This document shows positions 1-13,105 of a DNA stretch of 64,000 nt, piece by piece. The position numbers and the translations under genes were made by a program. Origin of the DNA: Ranitomeya imitator (taxonomy: Eukaryota); NCBI RefSeq assembly GCF_032444005.1, contig NC_091285.1, forward strand, positions 56,296,001-56,360,000, written 5' to 3'. The notes beneath the pieces are model-generated. The model saw only the letters and a program-made list of their open reading frames with translations. It did not search any database and had not been told where the DNA came from. Every line of letters starts with the position of its first letter. Position 1 is the stretch's first letter.

Positions 1-702
1 ATCTATAACAATTATATTTAATAATGTTGTACCAGATCTGATAGGATTTCCTCCGTCCAAGGCAGTTAGTATTAACTGATGATTGACCTGTGTCTCTCTG
101 TCTAATGGTTTCTCCAGGACAAGCTCTGGATATTTACTCCCATCTGTTCTGATATTCTCAGTGAGTGTAAAATACTGATTCTCACTGAGCTCGTATGTCT
201 GCACTGAATTACTACCAATATCGGGATCTTCTGCACTTTCTAATGCAAATCTTGCTCCTTCTGATGTAAGTTCGATTATTTCCAAAGTAATTTTTTTATG
301 ATAAAATTGTGGAGAATTATCATTTATATCCTGAATGTCAACTTTGATCTTAAAATTATTGAATGGATTTCCAATAACAACGTCAAAGGTTAACAAACAA
401 GAAATATCTGATCCACACAATGTCTCTCTGTCTATCCTGTCATTTATATACAGATTTCCATTATTAAGATTTACATAGAAATATTTTTCAGATGATCTGG
501 ATACAATCCTCAGTTTTCTAGATGAGAGCTGATTATTATCTAATCCAAGGTCATCTGCAATATTTGCTATAACAGAGTCTTTCCTCATTTCCTCTATAAT
601 GGAATAATGAATCTGACCTGAGACTGAGTAACAAAGATAAGAAATTAAGATGTAATTTACTTGCCATCTGATTCTTGTGCTTCCTTGAATAGGAGATTCC
701 AT
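1..702 (-). CDS. pcdhg: Clustered protocadherin gamma variable exon, 5' part only (signal peptide, EC1, EC2); runs off the window edge
   Basis: Manual translation from ATG 702 (an in-frame ATG also lies at 717): MESPIQGSTRIRWQV...SGQIHYSIIEEMRKDSVIANIADDLGLD... reads to LDGGNPIRSGTTLLNIIVID at base 1. Paralogous to the full exons downstream. Confidence 0.93.
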   Translation of the reverse strand, partial: MESPIQGSTRIRWQVNYILISYLCYSVSGQIHYSIIEEMRKDSVIANIADDLGLDNNQLSSRKLRIVSRSSEKYFYVNLNNGNLYINDRIDRETLCGSDISCLLTFDVVIGNPFNNFKIKVDIQDINDNSPQFYHKKITLEIIELTSEGARFALESAEDPDIGSNSVQTYELSENQYFTLTENIRTDGSKYPELVLEKPLDRETQVNHQLILTALDGGNPIRSGTTLLNIIVID

Positions 703-939
703 CCTGTCCTTGCTCATGGATAATTTTCCCACCAAGAAAAATCCAGTAAATTAGAACAAATATGTTAATTAGAACAATATTCATGATATCTGTAGATGCA
801 TTTTCAATTTGTATCCGCAGCTTTGGGTTAAGGAGAATCCAGAAAATCTGTGTTGTTCTTTCTGCAGATCAGTAATGTGAGTGACAAAGGAAAATTCCAG
901 TGAATTTCTTGTTCTGCATTTTCCTTTTTACTGGTTAAA

Positions 940-975
940 CAGCGGCGCTCAGAGGTGAAAAAATAGAATTGCAAT
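940..975 (-). promoter_or_regulatory. Pcdh promoter conserved sequence element (CGCT box, CTCF-type site) 1
   Basis: Minus strand reads ATTGCAAT-n-TTCACCTCTGAGCGCCGCTG, 238 bp upstream of the ATG. The same motif precedes all six exons. Confidence 0.85.
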
Positions 976-1465
976 GTCTTTATAAAATATAAATTTAAAA
1001 TATATAAAATGTTAAATTTTTGACGCTGTTGATATTTTAAAAACAATACATTTGGTAAACACTTTTCTTGTTTTCTCCATTTTATTATTAAACTATTTTC
1101 ATTTCATTTTTTATAAAACAGCAATAATCAGCTCTTAGATACACCAAACAAGATTAACTACTTTACAAATAATATAACTACACAGGCTTAATAAGAAGAT
1201 AAGCATAGTTACATATTCACAGATAAAAATGGGTTATATTTAAGAAATTCATCCAGGCAATAGGAGGCATGATTTAGAGCAATTTAGTTAAAAGGACATT
1301 TTAATGTCTACGTTTCGTTTTGATGGAGATTTAAACTTTTAGTACTATTAATCAGCATTCACGCATATTATTGGAATGATCCATTTTACTTAAGGCAGGT
1401 ATTTACTATTATCTGCAATATCACTACATAAGAGATACAGGAAAAAACAGACACTAAGAAAAAAC

Positions 1466-3990
1466 AAGCTCACATAGTACAGGAAGAGCTCACACAGAAC
1501 ACAAAGAGCTCACACAAAACGCAAAGAGCTCACATAGTACACAAAGCACTCACACAGTACACAAAGAGCTCACACAGTACACAAAGAGCTCACACAGTAC
1601 ACAAAGCACTCACACAGTACACAAAGTCCTCACACAGTACACAAAGAGTTCACACAGTACACAAAGAGCTCACACAGTACACAAAGAGTTCACACAGTAC
1701 ACAAGAGCTCACACAGTACACAAAGAGTTCACACAGTACACAAAGAGTTCACACAGTACACAAAGAGCTCACACAGTACACAAAGTGCTCACACAGTACA
1801 CAAGAGCTCACACAGTACACAAAGAGTTCACACAGTACACAAGAGCTCACACAGTACACAAAGAGTTCACACAGTACACAAGAGCTCACACAGTACACAA
1901 AGAGTTCACACAGTACACAAAGAGTTCACACAGTACACAAAGCACTCACACAGTACACAAAGCCCTCACACAGTACACAAAGAGTTCACACAGTACACGA
2001 AGAGCTCACACAGTACACAAAGCGCTCACACAGTACACAAAGAGTTCACACAGTACACGAAGAGCTCACACAGTAGCCAAAGTGCTCACATAGTACACAA
2101 AGTGCTCACACAGTACACAAAGTGCTCACACAGTACACAAAGCGCTCACACAGTACCCAAAGTGCTCACATAGTACACAAAGTGCTCACACAGTACACAA
2201 TGTGCTCACACAGTACACAAAGAGCTCACACAGTACACAAAGCGCTTACACAGTACACAAGGAGCTCACACGGTACACAAAGTGCTCACACAGTACACAA
2301 AGAGCTCACACAGTACCCAAAGTGCTCACATAGTACACAAAGTGCTCACACAGTACATAAAGTGCTCACACAGTAGACAAAGAGCTCACACAGTACCCAA
2401 AGTGCTCACATAGTACACAAAGTGCTCACACAGTACACAATGTGCTCACACAGTACACAAAGAGCTCACACAGTACACAAAGCGCTTACACAGTACACAA
2501 GGAGCTCACACGGTACACAAAGTGCTCACACAGTACACAAAGAGCTCACATAGTACACAAAGAGCTCACATAATACACAAAGAGCTCACACAGTACTCAA
2601 AGACCTCACACAGTACACAAAGAGCTCACATAGTACACAAAGCGCTCACACAGTACACAAAGAGTTCACACAGTACACAAAGTGCTCACATAGTACACAA
2701 AGCCCTCACACAGTACACAAAGAGTTCACACAGTGCACAAAGTGCTCACATAGTACACAAAGACCTCATACAGTACTCAAAAAGCTCACACAGTGCACAA
2801 AGAGCACACACTGTGGACAAAAAATGCTCACACAGTACATAAAGCATTCACACAGTACAGACAGCGCTCACACAGTACACAAAGAGCTCACACAATACAC
2901 AAAGAGCTCACACAATACACAAAGAGCTCACACAGTACACAAAGCCCTCACACAGTACACAAAGCCCTCACACAGTACACAAAGAGCTCACACATTACCC
3001 AAAGTGCTCACATAGTACACAAAGACCTCATACAGTATACAATGAGTTCACACAGTACATAAAGAGCTCGCACAGTACACAAAGCCCTCACACAGTACAC
3101 AAAGAGTTCACACAGTACACAAAGTGCTCACATAGTACACAAAGACCTCATACAGTACTCAAAAAGCTCACACAGTGCACAAAGAGCACACACTGTGGAC
3201 AAAAAATGCTCACACATTACATAAAGCATTCACACAGTACACAAAGTGCTTACACAGTACACAAGGAGCTCACACAGTACACAAAGTGCTGACACAGTAC
3301 ACAAAGAGCTCACACAGTACACAAAAAGCGCTCACACAGTAAATAAAGAGCTTACACAGTACTCAAAGAGTTCACATAGTACACAAAGAACTCACACAGT
3401 ACATAAACAGCTCACATGGTACACAAAAAGCGCTCACACAGTACTCAAAGAGCTCACACTGTACACAAAGAGCTCACACAGTACACAAAAAGCGCACACA
3501 GTACACAAAAAGCGCACACAGTACAGAAAGAGCTCACACAGTACACAAAGAGGTCACATAGTACACAAAGAGCTCACACAGTACATAAAGAGCTCACACA
3601 GTGCATAAAAAGTGTTCACACAGTACATAAAGAGCTCACACAGTACACAAAGCTCACACAGTACACAAAGCTCACACAGTACACAAAGCTCACACAGTAC
3701 ACAAAAAGCGCTCACACGGAGCATAAAGAGTTCACACAGTACCCAAAAAGTGCTCACACAGTACATAAAGAGCTCACACCGTGCACAAAGAGCTCACACC
3801 ATGCACAAAGAGCTCACATAGTACATAAAGAGCTCACACAGTACACAAAGCTCACACAGTACACAAAAAGCGCTCACAAGGTGCATAAAGAGCTCACACA
3901 GTACACAAAAAGTGCTCACACGGTACAGAAAGAGCTCACACAGTACACAAAAAGCTCACACAGTACATAAATCACTCACACAGTACACAA
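1466..3990. repeat. Minisatellite, about 20-bp unit (CTCACACAGTACACAAAGAG), roughly 2.5 kb
   Basis: Tandem repeat read directly, with 18-21 bp unit variants. It explains the spurious HTVHK/TQYTK ORFs. Confidence 0.97.
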
Positions 3991-5170
3991 TTAACAAACT
4001 CTAACAATTAACCACTTCCAAATTTCCTGTCTGCACAACACAGTACATAAAGCATAAGCCTGCGGCAGTTGCTATTTCACCAACATTTTAAAACAAAGCT
4101 AAACTTTATATGATGGAGGGCTGACAAATGTAATGCTTGAAAGCATGTGTTGGATACTTCTTACAATATGAATCTGTAAAGATTTTTTACATTTTTTAGC
4201 ATATATTTCAGCAAAGTCATTTTTGAAACAATTAGCTGCTTCTACTATGAGCTGCCCCTGAAGTACTAAAGAATTATCTACAGATTCACAACTGCACTGG
4301 CAAAAAAGAATGTTACTCTAGAGATTGAACATTTCATTTTTTCAGAATTAATCAGCACCTCATTATCTTTTAGGAGAATATTATATGTAACACTTTTTTT
4401 TACATATTTTTGTAGGAGCCAAATTTATCATGTCCTTGTCTAAAATATCTTTTCTCAAGACTGAATAATTTTAATTGTAATTTTGCTCATGACTAAGATA
4501 CTCTAAGATCCATACTAGTTTAATTATTTTGTATTATATCTGTTTTAATTCTAAAATTACCACAAACTCTTTGTTTAGTTCATTATGGTCTTGAAAACTG
4601 CTGAAATAAATAATAATAATTGATTTAATAATTTTTCAATAGATAGCAATGTTGGTTTTTATTATACAGTTAAATGATGCCCAGAAAATATATGATTTCC
4701 CAAAAGTAGTATAATGGTAGTAATGATACAAACTGAAAACTCCCAAATTATGAAACTTATATCTATTATAGTAGCAAATGTAGCAAATGTATATCATATT
4801 TAAATAAAGATTTTTCTACCTAGTACCCATTAAAATTCTAGATTTTATAAAATGGAAGTTTACAATTTTTCCTGCAGTATTCTATGCATAAAATATGTCA
4901 CAATAATATCTTAATTTAGACCCCATACAACTACATAATGCAACATGTCAGTTCCTCATATAAGAATGTTCGATCCTCCAACTAAAGAAAAAAAAGAAAA
5001 TGATCAGCAGGAAGCCTTTTTATAGTAATCAATTAATCAATTGTCCAAAGGAAAAAAAAAATTGTAAAATATGAGGTTTTATTTTCAAGCTTTTTCTTAT
5101 TTAGAAACTAAGAGACAATAATGTCATTGTAATGCAGTTGAAAAGTCAGTATCAGGATAATATAATTTAA

Positions 5171-5498
5171 AGGGACTCTGTCACCTGAATTTGGAGGGAA
5201 CAATCTTCAGACATAGGGGCGGGGTTTTCGGGTGCTTGATTCACCCTTTCCTTACCCGCTGGCTGCATGCTGACTGCAATATTGGATTGAAGTTCATTCT
5301 CTGTCCTCCATAGTACATGCCTGCACAAGGCAAGATTGCCTTGTGCAGGCGTGTACTACGGAGGACAGAGAATGAACTTCAATCCAATATTGCAGTCAGC
5401 ATGCAGCCAGCGGGTAAGGAAAGGGTGAATCAAGCACCCGAAAACCCCGCCCCTATGTCTGAAGATTGTTCCCTCCAAATTCAGGTGACAGAGTCCCT
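5171..5498. mobile_element. Fully palindromic TTAA-target MITE (T2/Kolobok-like, AGGG ends)
   Basis: TTAA at 5167-5170 and 5499-5502. Ends are AGGGACTCTGTCACC...GGTGACAGAGTCCCT. The arms are complementary up to a 2-nt centre (5334-5335). Confidence 0.8.
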
Positions 5499-5970
5499 TT
5501 AAATTATATTATCCTGATACTGACTTTTCAACTGCATTACAATGACATTATTGTCTCTTAGTTTCTAAATACACACACATTAGGAAGACTTAACTATTAC
5601 ACAGAGTATAATCAAATCAGTACTAGTCTTCCAAACAGATAATTGTCATTTATATCAGCTTTCCGCTTTTCAACAAAGGAGAAGAATCTTAAAACTCCCA
5701 ATAGGTTACAAAAAATATTATTTCAAGAGTAGACATTCCCTCTAATTGCTTCATAAAAAGGTTGCAATATTTAAAAACACAGGAAGAAATATCAATAATT
5801 TGAGGCAACTTATTTTAGATTCTGCAAATAGAAAGTTAACTCTGGTAGTAAGTGATTAGCTCTAAAGTCAACAATAAGTAAAGTTGTTCATGAAGGATAC
5901 ATAATACTAGAAATCGAAAAGGACATATTTCAAACATTTATACAACAGGTAAAAAGTTAGAACATCTTAC

Positions 5971-8382
5971 CTGTTCTGTGCTTAGAGAAGCTTCATTGTG
6001 ACATTCAGTTCCTTGTTCTGTATTATCAGCATCAATCAGGTTTTCCACAGGAACATTTCCACTAGGATTCATGTAAGTAAAATCCCCCTCAGCAGGGTCT
6101 AGTGCCACACACATATTATATGAGTATGGTAAAGGTAACGATCCATCACTATACATGGAGAAGGTCCTGGGATCAATTGGAGGATACAGATTTGTAGTGA
6201 GAGAAGAGAAGGCCGGTAATGGTTTTGGCTGCTTACATTTGGATATAATTGCCACCATCACAGTTATTATGAAAAGCAAAGAAATAAGTGCAAGTCCAAC
6301 CACTAAGAAGAATTGTAAGTTGCTTTGAGTTTCTTCATCTTTCAGTTTGTTGCTGAGCTTAGGAACAACCTGCTGAAAGTCATCTGCAATAATAAGACTT
6401 AAGGTGGTTGTAGCAGAGAGAGTGGGATGTCCATTGTCCTTCACCATCACTACAACCTTGTAATTCAATATGTCCTTTTCTTGCAAGATACGTGATGTTC
6501 TGATCTCACCTGTGTACTCACTTATCACAAAATGAATTGAGTCTGACAGTTGTATGAAGTGATAAGAGAGCCAGGAATTATGTCCAGAGTCTGCATCCTC
6601 TGCCACCACTTTAGTTATCAAAGAACCAGGCTCAGAAACAAAAGGCACCAACTCAAACACAGCCAACCCACCAGTATCTGGTGATGGGTATAAGATCTTT
6701 GGTGCATTATCATTCTGGTCCACTATATGGATAAATAATGTAACATTGCTGCTCAGAGAGGGGGATCCATTGTCTGAAGCTGTGACTTCTATTATAAACT
6801 CCTTGTTCTGCTCATAATCAAATGATCTTTGAGCATAGAGAACTCCGGTCTCTATATTGATGGAGAGATAAGATGTCATTGATGGTGTTTCTGTAATGGC
6901 GCTGGAAATTGAGTAAATTATTCTAGCATTGTCTCCAGTGTCAGGATCTGAGGCTTGTATACTGAATATTGAAGCTCCTGGTAAATTGTTCTCTGGCACA
7001 TAAGCCACATAAGTAGATTTTGAAAATATTGGTGGGTTGTCATTGACATCTGATACATCCAATGTAAGAATTTGTGTACTGGAAAGAGGAGGAGATCCTC
7101 TATCTGTGGCTATAATGGAGATATTATAAGAAGATGTTTTCTCTCTGTCTATAACAGCACTTAAAACAAGTCTATAGTAAGTGTTTGATGATAATAAATT
7201 AAAAGGAACATCTTCAAGGATTTGGCAGTCAACATCTGCATTATCTCCAGAATCTTGGTCGTGAACCTCAATCAGAGCGATCATTGTTCCAGGAGCAGAA
7301 TCCTCAGGAATAGGAGAAGATAATGAGGTGATGGATATCTCAGGAGCATTGTCATTTACATCTATGACTTCCACCAGAACCTTACAATGAGCTACAAGGC
7401 CTCCTCCATCCTTGGCTTGTACAGACAATTCATAATTCTTTGTTACTTCAAAATTTAAGCTTACTATGATCTTGATTTCCCCAGTATTTGGGTTGATGCT
7501 GAATATTCCTGTATGATGGATGTTTCTAGATGTTTTCATAAAAGAATAAGTGATCTGAGCATTGATCCCTTCATCATTGTCTGTAGCATTTAATATGATC
7601 ACTGTAGAATTAACTGGGATGTTTTCCTTTAAATTTATTTTGTATATATCTTGACTAAATAGGGGGGCATTGTCATTACCATCTATTACAATGATCTTTA
7701 GTAATGTTGTACCAGACCTGATAGGATTTCCTCCATCCAAGGCAGTTAGTATTATCTGATGATTGGCCTGCGTCTCTCGATCTAATGGTTTCTCCAGGAC
7801 AAGCTCTGGATATTTACTCCCATCTGTTCTGATATTCTCAGTGAGAGTAAAATACTGATTATCACTGAGCTTGTATGTCTCCACTGAATTACTACCAATA
7901 TCTGGATCTTCTGCATTTTGTAAACCAAATCTTGCTCCTGGAGATGTCAGTTCACCAATTTGTAAAGTAATTTTATTTTTATAGAATTGTGGAGCATTAT
8001 CATTTGTATCCTGAATGTCAACTTTAATGTTAAAATTATTAAATGGATTTTCAACCACAGCATCAAAGGTTAAGAAACATGAAGCCTCCGCACCACACAA
8101 TGTCTCTCTGTCTATCCTGTCCTTTATATACAGATTACCATTATCTAAATTTACATAGAAATATCTCTCTGCTGATCTGGATACAATCCTCAGTTTTCTA
8201 GATGAGAGCTGATTATTATCTAATCCAAGGTCATCTGCAATATTTGCTATAACAGAGTCTTTCCTCAGTTCTTCCACAATGGAATAATGAATCTGACCGG
8301 AGACTAAATGACAAAGAAAAGAAAATAAGACAAATATTACTTGCCATCTGATTCCTGTGCAGCCATTTATAAGAGATTTCAT
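5971..8382 (-). CDS. pcdhg: Protocadherin gamma variable exon (signal peptide, EC1-EC6, TM, variable cytoplasmic domain), intact
   Basis: Six cadherin repeats with DRE/DxNDNxP motifs, a TM segment and a LPYSYNMCV cytoplasmic motif (gamma-B-like). ATG at 8382; phase-0 CAG|GTAAG donor at 5971/5970; 2412 bp. Confidence 0.96.
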
Positions 8383-8614
8383 CCTGTCAATCCTCAGTGT
8401 TAATTTTCCCCAAAATGTCCAGTAAGGCTTTATTATCCAATGCAAATGTTCAACAGAAAAATCTTCATCATATTTTTAATTATCTTTTAAAATTTTATCT
8501 GTGTCCAGGAGATTCCAGAAAATGTCTGTGGTTCTTTCCGCAGATCAGCAATGAATGTGACAAAGGAAAATACCAGTGGATTTCTGCATTGCATTTTTCT
8601 CCTTTATGGTTAAA

Positions 8615-8650
8615 CAGCGGCGCTCAGAGGTGAAAATACAGAATTGCAAT
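8615..8650 (-). promoter_or_regulatory. Pcdh CSE / CTCF-type site 2
   Basis: Plus strand CAGCGGCGCTCAGAGGTGAAAATACAGAATTGCAAT, 233 bp upstream of the ATG. Confidence 0.85.
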
Positions 8651-10082
8651 TTCTTTCATTTACTTTATGAAGTGTAAATTTGAATTTTTAAAGATATTTA
8701 TTTTAATTGCTTTTTACATTCTAAAAACATAGTACGTATTTTGTGAATTATTTATATTTTATCATTTTCCTGCCACTATGTTCAGTTTAAATACAACAGT
8801 AATACACAGCTATTAATATCACTTAAGAAAAAGTTAGTTCTTTAAAAGTATATGCAAAATATTATCTCACAGGTGTAAAAAGATGAACATAGCCGCATAG
8901 ACACAAAGTACAATTGATGAATGACAAATGTTCATCATGTTCAACCAGGGAATAATAGACAGGGCAGAGGAAATATTCACAGCAATCCAGTAAGAAGGAC
9001 GCTTTAATATAAATATTTATTTCTTGCAGATTTCAGATTCCAGGAGAGTTATTTATTGCTCATACATTATAAGAGAGAAAACAGTTTTACTTCGGACATT
9101 CAGTTACCATTATCTATATCGTAGTAGCAAACTGGATGCAGAAAAAAGCAGAGACAAACAAGCCAATAGGGTTCCCACTGTACATAAAAAACTAACTATT
9201 ATCACAGCACCGTCTGCTGTTTGTTCAACAAAAGCCTTGAAGCATAAGCCTGCAGCTGTTGCTATTACTCCAATATCTTTAAACATAGTAACCTCTATGT
9301 GATGGAAGATTCAGGCATCCATTGGATGTTTCTCAGAATATGAATTTCTATTGATTCTGTAAATTAATACAAACAAATATTTTTTTCTCCAGTGATAAAG
9401 TTTCATTGTCTTTTAAGGGATATTTACATTGAACATTGTTAACATATTTCTGCAGGATTTAAATTAATTATGTCCTTCCTTAAACATTTTTCCAATTTAG
9501 CTGTTGTACTTTACACCTTCTTCAACTACAGTACATCCATTAGCTCTTAGGTAAGGACATTGCAGACTTTTGAAAAATTCTTTGAATTCAGATCACACTT
9601 TATCTGTAGGCACGAAGAGCTTTATATAAATGATACCTGGCCTTGGTGCTCATAACTGCCAATCAGAGTTCAGACACCGTGTCTGAAAGTGCTCTGGAGT
9701 AATAAAAGCTGAGCCTTCATTTGTTGCATTAAATAACAAGAATAGTTTTTTTTATTAGACTGTATTAGTAAATAAGGCACAGATAATATATATGATTACT
9801 AAAGATAAGGTAAGGTAAAAGTAAGGTAAAGGTAAGGTAAAAGTAAGGATTATAACTGAATGCCCCCACATTCTACAAGAAATGGCTCTTGGCAAATTTA
9901 TGATTTTTTTTGAAGATATCTTTTTTCTATCTAGGATGTATCACAATTCTAGAGTGTATCGAGATATAAAATTAAGATTTTCCTTGTAGCATACTATGTG
10001 GAAGATAAAGAAGAAAATTATTATTCTTCAGCCTACCTATAATTACGTAATTCAGCATGTCCATTCCTCAGATAAAGACTTA

Positions 10083-11833
10083 CAGTACAGACCAAAAGAT
10101 TGGACACACCTTCTCATTTAAAGATTTTTCTGTATTTCCATTACTATGAAAATTGTAAATTCACACTGAAGGCATAAAAACTATGAATTATCACATCTGG
10201 AATTATATACTTAACAAAAAAGTGTGAAACAACTGAAATTATGTCTTATATTCTAGGTTCTTCAAAGTAGCCACCTTTTGCTTTGATGACGGCTTTGCAC
10301 ACTCTTGGCATTCTCTTGATGAGCTTCAAGATGTAGTCACTGGGAATGGTTTTCACTTCACAGGTGTGCCCTGTCAGGTTTAATAAGTGGGATTTCTTGC
10401 CTTATAAATGGTGTTGGGACCATCAGTTGTGCTGTGCAGAAATCTGATGGATACACAGCTGATAGTCCTACTGAATAGACTGTTAGAATTTGTATTATGG
10501 CAAGAAAAAAGAGTGGCCATCATTAATTTAAGAAAGGAAGGTCAGTGAGTCCAAAAAATTAGGAAAATTTTGAAAGTGTCCCCAAGTGCAGTGTAAAAAC
10601 CATCAAGCGCTAGAAAGAAACTGGCTCACATGGGGACCGCCCTGGAAAGGAAGACCAAGAGTCACCTCTGCTTCTGAGGATAAGTTTATCTGAGTCACCA
10701 GCCTCAGAAATCGCAGGTTAAAAGCACCACAGATTAGAGACCAGGTCAATGCCACACAGAGTTCAAGCAGCAGACACAACTCTGCAACTGTTAAGAGGAG
10801 ACTTTGTGCAGCAGGCCTTCATGGTAAAATAGCTGCTAGGAAACCACTGCTAAGGAGAGGCAACAAGCAGAAAAGACTTGTTTGGGCTAAAGAACACAAG
10901 GAATGGACATTAGACCAGTGGAGATCTGTGCTTTGGTCTGATAAGTCCAAATTTGAGATCTTTGGTTCCAACCACGGTGTCTTTGTGCGATGCAGAAAAG
11001 TTGAACGGATGGACTCTACATGCCTGGTTCCCACCGTGAAGCATTGAGGAGGTGTGATGGTGTGGGGGTGCTGGTGACACTGTTAGGGATTTATTCAAAA
11101 TTGAAGGCATACTGAACCAGCATGGCTACCACAGCATCTTGTAGGGGCATGCTATTCCATCCGGTTTGCGTTTAGTTAGACCATCATTTATTTTTCAACA
11201 GGACAATGACCCCAAACACACCTCCAGGCTGTGTAAGGGCTATTTGACCAAGAAGGAGAGTGATGGGGTGCTATGCCAGATGACTTGGCCTCCACAGTCA
11301 CCAGACCTGAACCCAATCGAGGTGGTTTGGGGTGAGCTGGACCACAGAGTGAAGGCAAAAGGGCCAACAAGTGCTAAGCATCTCTGGGAACTCCTTCAAG
11401 ATTGTTGGAAGACCATTCCTGGTAACTACATCTTGAAGCTCATCAAGAGAATGCCAAGAGTGTGCAAAGTAGTCATCAAAGCAAAAAGTGGCTACTTTGA
11501 AGAAACTAGAATATAAGACGTATTTTCAGTTGTTTCACACTTTTTTATTAAGTATATAATTCTACGTGTTAATTCATAGTTTTTATGCCTTCAGTGTGAA
11601 TTTACAATTTTCATAGTGATGGAAATACAGAAAAATCTTTAAATGAGAAGGTGTGTCCAATCTTTTGGTCTGTACTGTAGGTCTTTATCTGAGGAATGGG
11701 CATGCTGAATTACGTAATTCCACATGTGTTAATTCATAGTTTTGATGCTTTCAGTGTGAATTAACAATTTTCATAGTCATGAAAATATAGAAAAACTTTA
11801 AATGAGGTGTGTCCGAACTTTTGGTCTGTACTG
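10083..11833 (+). mobile_element. Tc1-family DNA transposon, defective transposase, with a duplicated right end
   Basis: TA flanks at 10081-82, 11678-79 and 11834-35; ~200-bp TIRs starting CAGTACAGACCAAAAG. Broken transposase at about 10497-11516 with QQDNDPKH...SPDLNPIE motifs. Confidence 0.93.
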
Positions 11834-13105
11834 TACATTGACACACACACATGAAACACACAAAAGTTTAATAGAAATTGATTAATCATTTGTGTAAGGG
11901 AAACAACACATTTTTGTCTAGAGCAGCAGGAGCTTTTAATAAAATAATTTATTTTTATGTTTTACTAAAAAGAAATCAGATTATTGTAAATAAGTTGGAA
12001 AAGGACAAGAAAGGTTTGTGTGTTTCACTGTACACCGATTGTGCATGTGATTTCCGGTAAACTCTTGCATGCACAAAATATATGCAGTGTTGACTGACCA
12101 AAGTTTTAGATTTGAAATCCACGGCAGGTGAATTTTTCCTGGAGATATCATTGACATTGTGCATTTTACCAAATTGTTATGCACCCTATCACCCTCATTG
12201 CAAAGATATCTGCAGTGGAGAAATACAGTTGTACATTTTAATATGGTATTTCTGCTGTGCAAGATTCACAGCAAACATGCAACATGGGATCTTGGCCTAA
12301 CAGTTTTCCCCATTGGCATTACAATGGCCTTGCAGCATTGGGATCCTAGGTCCAAATCCTATGGAGGACAACATCTGCAAGGAGATTGCATGTTCTCTTC
12401 ATGTTTTCATGGCATTTTTCCCACAATGCAAAGATATACCGGTAGTCAATTTAGATCGTGAGCCTCATTGGTAATAGTAATGATGATGTCTGTGAAGCGC
12501 AGTGTAATTAAGGGTGTCATATGAACAACTAAAATAAATCAAAAGTTGTATTCTGGATTGAGAATCAATATGCACATGCACTTTTCAAGGAATTGTCCAC
12601 TTTTAACAATTTCTACTTGTAAAATGGTCCCTATGCAAAACAAGTTCATGAATGATCTCTATATTGGGACATTTTGGCAAAGAATGTTATATTTTCTTCC
12701 AGCGCTTCAACTGGAAGAAGCAGACATTACACAAAGTCTGTGTAAATCAATATATTTTTTGTGTAATGTAGGGCAGCACAAGTCCTCCCCAGAGAAAGTT
12801 CTGATTAATATCAGCCTTCTCTTCTAGACAAAAGATCAGGATTCTGAACAAGGAGTCCACCAGTAGGGTATATCAAAATGTTTCCACAACTAATTTAAGT
12901 TTTTAAATTATTTATGTTGTGATAATTACAAACAGGTAAATTATCAGTAAGTTATTATTGTTCATTTTCCATTCTACTCTCAGAAAGAATGCAATAATAG
13001 AAATTACCTGCAGACAAAGTTCTTATTGAAGGAAAAATTATCTAGAAATCACAAAGAGCATAATATAGATACTTAAACAACAGGAAGAAAGCGAAAACAT
13101 CTTAC

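Noticed and set aside
1785-3970. Multiple His/Thr/Lys-rich ORFs
   Set aside because: Translations of the 20-bp minisatellite in all frames; no protein signal.
5845-5865. Branchpoint-like GCTAATC motif about 110 nt after some donors (also near 41105)
   Set aside because: Not consistently followed by an AG, and altered in other paralogs; likely neutral paralogy.
9805-9850. Repeated AGGTAAG donor-like motifs
   Set aside because: Short low-complexity repeat on the strand opposite to Pcdh transcription.
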